Shown here: positions 37,401 to 47,579 of the stretch, piece after piece
Layout: every line of letters begins with the position of its first letter
Position numbering within the stretch: the first letter of the stretch is position 1
NCBI GenBank assembly: GCA_973895155.1
Contig: OZ316899.1
Coordinates: 6,141,241-6,205,240, forward strand
Source: Marsupella aquatica
Lineage: Eukaryota; Plantae; Marchantiophyta
Direction of reading: 5' to 3'
Length of the DNA stretch: 64,000 bases
Notes under the pieces: model-generated
Databases searched by the model: none
Told to the model about the DNA's origin: nothing
The model's input: the letters and a program-made list of their open reading frames with translations, nothing else
Program-made: the position numbers and the translations under genes

Positions 37401-40170
37401 GTAAACAAAGAAGAGACATTACTTTACGTCACAGAAGAGACGTAAAATGGGTTTACATTGTCTGAGAACACGTATTCAATTCACATTGACGTTACAATGT
37501 ATGTTACGTCGTGTAATGAGTCGTAGATATGACGTTAATACAACGTTAATAAATAAATCTATGAATTTGAAGACGTATGATGTGAATGTAGTTTGTTGAG
37601 TTGGATGTTAAGTTTGCACCTGAGTATGTGGACGCTAATCACATGAGTTTGCATAAGTAATTTACCTTCTCTGGAATTTTGTCCCCAATGGTGTCTGGTC
37701 GATATCGTGGAAGGCCACACCGTTCCTTTGGGCAATGAGTGTGCTCAACATACTCCTTTCTATACAAGATGCAACCAGCGGGGCACATATGGATAGTCTC
37801 CAAAGCCAATCCAATGGAGACAAGTAACTTCTGAGCCTCCCTCACACATCCAGGAAGAGTGTTTGGTTGGGGCAAGAATTTCTTGTGGAACAACTGCAAT
37901 AGTGCATCTGTATGGACATCCGAACCATTGAAAACTCCTTGCAAATTTAACATCAAGAGAGTGGCAACCAACCTGCATTTGCAAAACCACAATTAGTTCA
38001 TCAAAATGCAACCATAGTACTACCTGCAATTACACTCTCACAATTAGGGAAGTCATAGGCTTCTCTACCTCGAGGTTGGAGAACCCTCACATAGTGGAGT
38101 TCTGGCTTCTGATTTGAGCTGGTCCCAATCCTCCTGGTCTACTTCCGTAGTAGGGTGATCATCGTCAGGTGCATGTGGTCCAAAGTGAATGTCAACCAGG
38201 TGGGCAAAAGCTTCCTCTTCAAGAATAGGTGCAGGCCCCTCATCCTCTACATCATCATCAAACTCGACATCATATGCATCATGGTACTCATCATCATCAT
38301 CGTCCACATCATCATCATCATCCAGATCATCATCCACATCATGGACATCATCATCATTGTCGTCACTGAAATGTAATGTGGCTCGAGCGTGGAAGGCACG
38401 GGCTGATGTAGTCATCATGGATGGGTGTGGTGTAGGAGTAATATTGGCACCATCCTACATATGTAAGTAAGAAATTTCCAATGCAAACTCATCATTAGAC
38501 AAAGAGTTCCATGAAGGGTGCAATGAAGCTCAAATAATGATATGTGCAAGGAATGTCATGTATTGAATAGGTGATGTACATATAAAGTTGTGATCAATGC
38601 CAATCATAATCTACAAAAATCTCATCTCCTGCTCTAATGGTGCGGGTGGCATGCGTCAAGACATAATGTGTGCATGCCATGGGCAAACGTGGGTGACACG
38701 CATCATGGTACTCGTGCCACTCAGCGTTTGGCCTAAACCCTAAACGCCGACACCCAACAGTGCTATTGATGTAGCCCGCCAAGTTTCCCGTGCGAGGTGG
38801 ATAACCATCCATCTGAGAATACCTAGGGTCCATCTTCAGTGACATGCCATATCGACCAAAGGTCGGACACTGTCAAGACAAGATTCGTCATCTCTAGGCC
38901 GAATACTTCGGCCCATAGAATGAGAACAACTGAGGTAAATCGTCAGGGGCACACCCATGAGGGACCACTATATCCACAAGTGCAAAAACGCCAAGGCCAA
39001 CGTCAGGTCCCAATGTGGATGGGAGGAGGGCCCACGGCCGACCCCAGACTATGATAGGTTCCCTGACTGGAAGGTCGTCGGGGAGTCCAAACTGGGCAGG
39101 GAAGGAGTCCTTTATGATATCCAAGGCTCTCCCTCGCAACTGTCTCGTGACTCTCAAAGAAGGTGCATCAAGAAAAGGACAACGTGGCGGCACTATCCTA
39201 GGTAGACGAGACTCCATCGACCTCAGTCTAGTGGTCACCACTACTCCCCTCTCAATAGGGTGCACTTGCACCACTCTCCCATCAAAAACACGGTCTATAG
39301 CCCTCAATGTGGCAGACAATGCTGATGGGGGTACTAGAGGGGTGATCGCACGCCTCGCAATCTCTCTCATGCTGTCCACGGCCGAAGGCATTACAATAGG
39401 AATCTGTCCACATGTGACCAACAGGACAACTTCAGAATTTGTGTCTGCAAGCATGAACAATTGCAGCCTAGACAACTTCTAGTTAGGTAAAAAATGAAAG
39501 CAACTAAATAATTGAAATGTTTAAACCTTATATTTACCTCTTGTGTGGGCGGTATATAACGACCGTGGATCCCTAAATGGCTAAGGACAGTGGTCCTCTC
39601 GTGAGACACAACTCCCTTGCACCGCCTACATGGGCAAGGCATCTTACGGATAGGTCCAATCCCTTGAATGACAGCCATAGCGTCTCCAAATCCCTCCTCA
39701 GCCGTGGATGGGTCGTGATACTGGTGCGAGGGACTCAAGGATCTAGTATCTCTCCTTCTGTCCCGCCGATGTCTGCGTCGGTGATGCCTGGACTGATGGC
39801 GCCTAGATGGTGAGTCATCCCTCCTCCTCTCCCGTGACTCATCGCTGAGGGATCAGCCCTCCTCCTGCCCCGGGAGTGATCCCTCCTCTCCTGGGAGTCA
39901 TGGCTCATCATCCCTAGGGACACATCCCTCCTCCCTGGCGACTCATCCCTCCTCCTCCTCCTCCGTCGTGACCCATCCCTCCTCCTATCCATGGATCCAT
40001 GGCTCCTCCTCTCCTGGGACTCATCACTAGTCCCCCCCCATGACTGATCTCTCCTCCTCCCCAACGACTCATCCCTCTCCCTACTATGATGACCTTGTCT
40101 GCATCGGTGACAAGTACCTCCATCACAATGGTCATAGTATGATGAGGAAGACCCATACATTGCCATATGG
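34461..40170 (-). pseudogene. CACTA Tnp2/TnpD transposase, multi-exon
   Basis: Transposase-associated CPCRRC...HLGIHG; IHMCPAGCILY; RYFPITPRL...EPRNVRLGLAIDGVNPY...WPV (Transposase_21-like); LDPMH; LKSHDYH; FPPCLFDM..HL...GPV..RWM..ER (DUF4218-like); YCG.V.DI (DUF4216-like). GT-AG introns. Confidence 0.92.
38594..39391 (-). pseudogene. SET-domain protein (putative lysine methyltransferase) nested in a transposase intron
   Basis: One reading frame with three in-frame stops at 38866-38896: PSTLGPDVGLGVFA...FYGPKY...YGMSL...MDG...GNLAGYINS...PNAEW...ATRTIRAGDEIFVDY, i.e. the SET motifs in order. The start may be ATG 39391 or a spliced upstream exon. Confidence 0.85.
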
Positions 40171-40559
40171 CCATGCAACAACATACATGCCAAATACCAA
40201 TTAGTACCATTCAAATAATGGCAATAAACCCCACACATTTTCCTACCCTACGTAAACCCCCAATGTAACATCGTTTATGTAAACCCTGGACATCGTAACC
40301 CCCTATTTTATGACGTATTGTGAAGTTTACGTCGTCCCCCATAATGTTCTATTTAGGGTTTGTGAAAAGAACGTCATTAAAAATGACATTAAATTGGGAG
40401 AACAGGGGTTCTTTGTGGTTTTGCGCGTAGCTCGGCGTTTTCCAAAGGAAAACATTGGGGTAATAGTCGAATGTGAGACACATTCGACGTCCCGGACCCC
40501 AACTCCCCTCCTCTCTCTTTCTCTCATTCAATTCTGACCTCTATGTTTGACAGTTGCCC

Positions 40560-42806
40560 TTCCAATGTCAAGACCAGCCTATCTTCCTTTCAGTGTGAAC
40601 TTTGATGTAGACAAGGTGGCCATGGACGATTCAGAGGAGTTGGAGAAGGTGCGTTGAGCTTTGCTTTCCACCCACCCATTGATCAACGCTTTCAATCAAA
40701 GTTGGAGATACTTGGGAGGAGTGGGAAGCAAAGAGTCCTAGTTTTTGGAGTACCTGGGCAATATCGAGGTCAATGCTCTTGCCATGGATGAGGATGAACA
40801 GATTCCCGCTGCAGAGTGCTTGGGGGAGCTCGGTGAGGCTTCAGTGAATCCTCTACCTTCGTTCCCTTTGCTACCAGATGATGGTTGGGATGATCTAGCT
40901 TTCTTAGGAATGGCGCTTGATTCTCAGGTTCATTCTGGGACTCCTATCAAAATCCAGGTCAGGATCCCACATGACAAATATGAGCCAGAGGATGGGGGGC
41001 GGGATTATCGTAGGAAGAGAAAGCATAGATCCCCTTCTAGGAGCAAAAGCAGTAGCATTGACAGGAGAAGACGAAAAGAGAAGGGAAAGGAGTGCAGACG
41101 TCTAGATGTAGACCCAAAGGCGGACAGGGGAAGGAGGCAATTACCTCCACAGCCACATTTGTCTCGTCCTTAGGCACCAGATTCTGCCCAACGAGCTGCA
41201 GCAAAACCCAGCAATAGAGAGGAGCTCCCGACCATAACTTTGGCAGCTTTTGATGCAAAACCGGATGTCCTTGATGAGAAGGCACTCACCAATCGAGTGC
41301 AGACCTGCTATGCGAAACATTGCCCGGGTTAGACAACCTGGAAGGATTTGTCACATAACACTAAGAAATTCCAGACACTCCTCAATGATGTGCAGACTGG
41401 GTTCCGCAATGGGAGAGAAATTGACTTCCGTCACATGAGGCAAAAGATTGTAAACCACTTGGCGGATAGAAGGTTTAGGTGGAAAAACAAGGTTCAAAAA
41501 TCAAAATCTTTGCAAACAGGGGAGTACCACAAACCTGAAGGGATGACTGAGGCTGATTTCAATCTGATCGTCAGCAAGTTGGAGGCAGACCCAGACACGG
41601 CAGTAGGAAAGCGAGTGCGCATGGGGGACAAAGCAACAGCAGCTCGAAAGCAGACTGGCCGGCTTGCAGTGACCAATTTCTAGGGGCAGGGAGGATGGCA
41701 AGGCTTCCTTGCAACCTATGTAAGTGCCCGTCCTAATTTCCTTGCTATTTGTGCGTACCGGAGCCTTGCGGTGAACTCCTGCTACAAACGTCGAGTTTGG
41801 AAATTTTATGTCACAAAATCCACTAGTAACGTCGTCGCTCACATCGTAGCACCCTTCTTACGTACACCCTAACGACTTCTGTTAGTGAAACATCTTCTCA
41901 TCGACGTTACAACTATGCAGTTTGTCTTTACGTCGCATAAAACGATGTTATTGAATGTACGTCCCAATCAGCGGTGTACATTACAATGTCCCTTACGACG
42001 TTACTAGTTTTTGCTGCAGAAGCGCAAGTATGGACGAGAGGCTGAGCCTAGCGAGGAGGAACGGCTGTACTCCAAGCGGTATGGCCCTACGGCATTGTGG
42101 GCCAAGTTGGATTCCACCCCAGAAGAGTTCCCTGTAAGTAGGAATCCAACAACATTCCTTGGCAGTGCTAGTTGTATAAGCTCTATTGTGTCAGCATGTA
42201 TTGATACATAGAATATGTCATGTGCAGGTGGATTGGACCCCTCCGGAGGGGTTAGTGGCACGCCCCATCATAGAGGATGAGCAGGTGGACATTGTACCTG
42301 ATGAGGAGGGTACCCAGGAGGAGGCACCTGTAGCTTGCGGACAGCAGGGTAGTGCAGGCACACAGGCTTGTGACAGAGAGAGAGGTGAGGGAGGGAGAGA
42401 TAGAGGGAGGGAGAGAGAGAGAGAGGGAGGGAGAGAGAGAGGTGAGGGAGGGACAGATAGAGGGAGGGAGAGAGAGAGAGGTGAGGGAGGGAGAGATAGA
42501 GGGAGGGAGAGAAGGGAGAGAGGGAAGGAGAGAGGGAGAGATAGAGGGAGGGAGAGAGAGAGGGACAAGGGAAGGAGAGAGAGAGGGAGGACGAGGAGCC
42601 ATGTCCATAGGGACACCACCAGGAGATCCCGCGACACTAGAGGCAAGGGTGCGGAACAGACAGATCCTTTGTCCTCCAGTAGTAGTAGCTCAGATGAGGA
42701 TGAGCAGAGGATTGAGTTGCGCTATCGAGGCGGACAGTCAAGAGGTGCGCAAGAGAGTTCCATCCGTAGGTCTGGACGGAACAGGAGCCACTCTCAGCGA
42801 CATTAG
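40560..42806 (+). pseudogene. CACTA second ORF (TnpA/Transposase_24-like), multi-exon, divergent from the transposase
   Basis: ...KIVNHLADRRFRWKNKV...KPEGMTEADFNLIV...ARKQ...GQGGW, with introns near 41719-42018 and 42134-42227 and an ER-rich C-terminus. Confidence 0.65.
42372..42595. repeat. GA-rich low-complexity tandem repeat
   Basis: Units like GAGAGAGGTGAGGGAGGGAGAGATAGAGGGAGG, encoding an ERGEGGRDRGRE-type tract. Confidence 0.9.
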
Positions 42807-43562
42807 GGTTTAGGGTTTAGGGTTTGCACGATTTCCTCCTGAATTTTGTAAATTTCCCAATTCTATTTTGATCTCACCCATATGTAGTGGTGCCACATTC
42901 CAGGATTGAACTGTGTACAATGGGCATGTATTGATCTTGAACACTTGATTGTGTATTTTGTATGTATTCCCTACCCCCAAAAATGCACAACCCGTCCACA
43001 TAACCATGGAGCCCTAAACAACATCATACGTCGGAATTAACATTCCCACAAAAGTCAGATAATTTTAATATACCTCGTCTATGGGAAGAATCCAACGTCT
43101 TATTTGCCGTTGTCAAGTTAATTAGGTCATTCCATATGACCAACATAACGTCATGGACAACGACACACACTCACATGAACATCGTTTATAAGGCCTCGTG
43201 TAAACACGTTATTTACAACGTAATTCACTCTGACGTCGTATTAAACAACGTAAACAACTGTAATTCTCTGAGTAGACTCTTCCCCTTGGAACGTCGCAAT
43301 AAACTACGTTAAGAATGTTACGTCACTTAAAATGTGGTAATAAACGTCGTTGTGGACGACTTAAATGAGGTTGTCTGGGTCTGGGCTCTTTACGTGCCCA
43401 GTTTCACGTCGCTTTAATCGACTTTGCTTTGGGGCAAGTTCACGTCGTGTTTAGCGTAAACTCAGATTACGTTAAACCCTCAAGAATTGTAGTTGTGTTT
43501 GTTGCCTTTGGGCCTACTTGGTTCCCCCATCCATGGGTTCATGCGGAATAAAAAAAATTAAA

Positions 43563-44647
43563 TTTAAAAAATGAAAACATTGCCCCACATTGCCCCATGC
43601 CTATTCATCAAACAGGAGAGCAATAAGTTCATAATTGTAGCCATATATGTGGACAACTTAAATTTATTCGGCGCTAGCAAGATAATGCTGCAAACTATAA
43701 GGCTACTAAAACATGTATTTAAAATGCAAATTTAGGCATGACTACCTTCTGCCTTGGACTGCAGTTTGAACACCTTTCTGATGGAATACTACTCCATCAA
43801 TCTACATACACACGTAGAATGCTGAAGCAATTTAACATGCAAAAAGCAAAAGCAGTCAAATTGCCAATGGATCTACAATCATTGGACAGAGAAAAAAATA
43901 TTTTCCGGAAAAGAACAGAGGAGCCACTTCTTGGCTCCAAAAGCCATACCTATCTACAATAGGGGCCTTAATGTTTATCGCAAATCAAACTTGCCCAAAC
44001 ATAGCTTTTGCTATGAATCTATTGGCATGCCATAGCTCTCAGCCAACCATTTGCCACTGGAATGGTCTGAAACAAATTTTCAGATACCTAAATGGCACTA
44101 TAGATATGGGACTACATTTCCCAGCCATGAATAATTGTAATCTAACTGGATATGCTGATGCCGACTACCTCTCAGACCCAGCAGATACTAAATATCAGAC
44201 AAGCTATGTCTTTCTTATTGGCCCTATAGCCATCTCCTGGAAGAGCACAAAGCAATCCCTAACCACAACTTCTTTGAACCACTAAGAGATTATAGCTTTA
44301 GATGAGGCCAACCGCGAGTGTATATGGCTTTGGAATGTTATAGAACATATTCTACAACACATAGGTAGAGACTGACCTTCTCGACTATACTATTTGAGGA
44401 TAATAGGGCATGTGTGGTATAGATTACCACAAGATACATTAAGGGCAAAAGGATGAAGCACATTGCACCTAATTGTTTTCTCTCCCATGAGCAACATGGG
44501 ACAACAATCAACATCCAGTGGGTTCTGAGCCAGCATAATTGTGCAGACCTCTTCACAAAATCCTTACCACCTGCAATACATGAAGAACTAACTCACTCCA
44601 TAGGCATGCACAATCTTTTCAAATTGTTGCAGGAATCAAATAGATGA
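43563..44647 (+). pseudogene. Bianca 1 RT 3' part and RNase H
   Basis: AIYVDN; FCLGLQFEH; GYADADYLSDP; SWKSTKQ; FEDN; ADLFTKSLP. Confidence 0.9.
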
Positions 44648-46133
44648 CACATGTGGGAAACCAATGCAAGGAACTTCAGACTCAAGGGGAGTCCCAACCT
44701 GAATGACAACAACTTGTACTCATAGGCGTCCGAGCTTCTTCTAGGAAGATGTGCACCGCTACATCATGCAGACATCGAGTTCAACCATGAAGAATGCCCG
44801 CCCTCACTACAACAAAGGAACAGATTACAAGGAATAAAGGTCAATGTTAACACGTAATGTAGCGTATAACTACCCGATGCTACATAGCAAGAAGATAAAA
44901 ATGATAGCCTCCACCTAAACAGCGCAAACGACTACAGGGTTTGAGCATTGCGTTTTGTTTTTTTGTTTTTTGCTAAAATCGATTAGAGTGACTTTGAACA
45001 GCCATATTTTGAAGTTAACAACAACACTACAGGCAAAGGCTTTACACCGTGTTAGGAAACAGGAAAATGATTTCCTATTATGAGCAAAAGTTTACTGTTA
45101 CGAACAAAAATGAAATACAAAAAATTTCTCATTAAAACTCAAAATTTTCAAAATATTTGCAAAAACGATCATTTTTGGCTAGCGCTAGACGCTACTATTA
45201 CTAGCTTGGGCGCTAGTAAAAAAATGTCAAAAATACAAACCCCGCCCCAAAAAAAATTCCCCCAAAAAAATTCCCCCAAAAAATTCAAAAAATTCTCATC
45301 CATTTGTTGTTTACTGTTTACTGTTTGCTATTTCCTTTTTATTGTTTCCCTGGCACGGTGGTTATACCCCTACAAGCAAAGCCAGAGAATAAAATGAACA
45401 GGAGAAACAAGAGAGAAAAACGTACACATTATTGATTGGATTGAGGGACTGTGATGGCATTCATCAAGGAGTTCATTGGAAACTAGATTCAACCGAGCAT
45501 GAAGGACTTGGATGTGAGAGACTCCAAGTTCCAAGAGCAAATCTACAGCAACAAGGCAAAGCGCGATGAGCCAAAGGCCTTCAAGCAGGCGCACAAGAGC
45601 AACTAATTTACCAATTATAAGCTGAGCAAAGACGTAGACAAGAGCTTACCACACTGATCACAATTCTACACTATGAATCTTGCCTCCAATCCTCAACGCA
45701 AACCATTCCTTTGACCTTCGATCCTGATGCCCGCGCTCATCTATCGGTGGACTTCACAATTTTTCTTTCCTTTCTCCTTTGAATTGTGATTGCTTACTTC
45801 TATGCTCATTTGGCATTGACCCTAATCAACTCACCTAACTTGACCACATATTTCCATGCGACTACTAACACTAGTTCAATATGTCATACTAGATAACATA
45901 GTATACTTAAACTTAGGTATTGCCCCACAAGGGCCTCCTCAATAAATTACATTACATTATATTACACTCTGGACAAGAGGGGATGGTAACACTCTTTCCT
46001 CCCAAAAGAAAGTAGGGGAGGTTTTAATGAGATTACATCCCCATCTTTAAGTCCTAAGACAATTTAACTTTCACTTATGGTAGACTTAAAATGGCTGCAA
46101 CATTTAACTTTAAATGCTACATCCAAGGGGGAG

Positions 46134-46254
46134 TGTTGTAACCGAAGGATAAGTCTACCTTAGACCATGGTAACCATAGGTAGTTACACTTGTCTAACTA
46201 CCTCCATGTATATATTACCCACATGAATGAGAAGGAGATCAGTAGTATTCAACA
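46134..46254 (+). repeat. 3' LTR of Bianca element 1
   Basis: Preceded by PPT AAGGGGGAG and followed by TSD ACATA. Confidence 0.95.
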
Positions 46255-46259
46255 ACATA

Positions 46260-46500
46260 CAGTCTTCCAATCTTTTGGATGTTGTACATTTTTTAAAATG
46301 AATAACACTCACATCTAACCAGCGCAATACTTCAGCTTTCAAATTAAATCAGCATGCCATTGGTTCTTGCAAGGACACTCGGCATCCACCCATATATACC
46401 TGTAGCTCTGCTAGTAGACATTTGTGCAAGGACTGCAGTCTGGACCACCTGTCCAACCTCACTTTCTAGCTAGGCACATGCAAACATATGTACTGAAAAC
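46260..46500 (-). pseudogene. Upstream exon(s) of the TnpA-like gene that continues at 16698
   Basis: WLDVSVIHF...QHPKDWKTVC joins EDVAAKW across the TSD and resembles 48639-48857. Confidence 0.65.
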
Positions 46501-46576
46501 TTAGTAAATCAATAAACTATAGGAAAACAAGTGAACATTCCAAAATACCTGCCCCTTACGTGTTGCATTTGCATAG

Positions 46577-47098
46577 ATTGCTTTACTGGAACGAAGAGCA
46601 CAAACCCTTCATAAACCCAAGGCCATGTTATTGCCAACACATTTTTACCAAGTGATGACAACTCCGGAATATAACTTCAACGCAACGTTGGCATATTGGC
46701 GGGGCATTCAAATGTGGGAGCACGAGTATGTTTTAATCCCCGTCTACCGGCCAAAACACTGGGTACTAGTTGTGGTTGATACTGCCTTGCAGCAACTGCA
46801 TTTACTTGATCCGCTTGTGCCCGAAGCACAGGATGGCACAGAAGTGTTCAAAGTAGCTTAGTTTCTTTCGGACCTCTCCATCTTGCGGGGTCGTACCTTG
46901 TTATGTCCATTAGAATGGCCACACATTTACCGAGATAACATTCCAAGTCAAGGGGATGATTACAATTGTGGTGTATATATCATTATCTACATGGAGCATA
47001 TTTCTGGAGGCGGCGTACTGAACTTTGACCCTGCACTTATAGACATCATGCGGCAAAAGATTGTTGTGGACCTTGTCTGCCAGACAATTACCCTGTAG
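46577..47098 (+). pseudogene. Ulp1/SENP (peptidase C48) SUMO-protease domain
   Basis: YVLIPVYRPKHWVLVVVD...LLDPL...PSQGDDYNCGVYI shows the His, Asp, Gln and Cys motifs. One in-frame TAG at 46859. Confidence 0.88.
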
Positions 47099-47579
47099 AG
47101 AGGATGGAAGATGGAGACGCAGCCTAGTGGAATTTAGTTCAGAAAATTGAACATCGTTGTAAAGTTTGGTACAAAGCTTAATAAAAAGTGTATCATCCAA
47201 ATGTTCTTAATGTGGCTCCTATTTGATATGCTATGTTGAATCTCGAATCGCTGGGTATGTTTTCATCTTGGCGAGCTCAGCCAAGATGGAACAACACTCC
47301 AAGGATATCTCAGAGAGGACGCCAAGATGGTTAGAAAGGGCACCAAGATGGTCAGAGAGGCAGCCGACATTACTAATTGTCCAAACCAAAACAATGTCAG
47401 AGTGGACGCCGACATAGGGTTTGACTGTGGGTGTGAATTAAGTCAATGTCGGCGGCGTTGCTGAGTTTTGGGCATAGACTGATATCAGTGACTGATGAAA
47501 GTCACTGATAACTGATGAAGTTGTGTACCCCATTTTGCTTCAGAATACTGTTAGTTGTGTTAGTTGGATTTCCCTACGA

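Larger units (their letters stand above)
32801..43497. mobile_element. Complete CACTA/En-Spm-superfamily DNA transposon (10.7 kb) carrying a SET-domain ORF
   Basis: TIRs CACAACTACAATTTTT and CACAACTACAATTCTT, 3-bp TSD TTT, ACGT-rich subterminal regions, Tnp2 transposase and a TnpA-like gene. Confidence 0.92.
30750..43562 (+). mobile_element. 5'-truncated L1-type LINE (30750-32800 plus 43498-43562), split by the CACTA element
   Basis: ORF2 C-terminal motifs GARLNLRK, KYLGAPFG, LQAIPVYHM, VAWEKLSRPK.EG.LG and zf-RVT ETIPHLFFQC. AATAAAAAAAA tail near 43547. Bianca RT resumes ENIAPCLFIKQ. Confidence 0.85.
16699..46254 (+). mobile_element. Ty1/Copia Bianca-type element 1, expanded by nested insertions
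   Basis: 121-bp LTRs at 16699-16819 and 46134-46254, TSD ACATA on both sides, degenerate PBS TGTTATTAGTGCG, PPT AAGGGGGAG. Gag, PR, INT, RT and RH remnants are in Copia order. Confidence 0.95.

Noticed and set aside
38155-38470. Plus-strand poly-Ile and poly-Ser ORFs
   Set aside because: Antisense shadows of the Asp-rich transposase exon.
38594-39475. SET ORF as an independent host gene
   Set aside because: It lies inside the TIRs and inside a transposase intron, is intronless, and shows no TSD or poly-A of its own.
42218-42813. Several overlapping ORFs over the GA repeat
   Set aside because: Stop-free low-complexity sequence. Only the plus frame linked to the spliced gene is plausible.
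42803-42825. True telomere or healed chromosome end
   Set aside because: Only about 3 units, internal to an element with intact TIRs.
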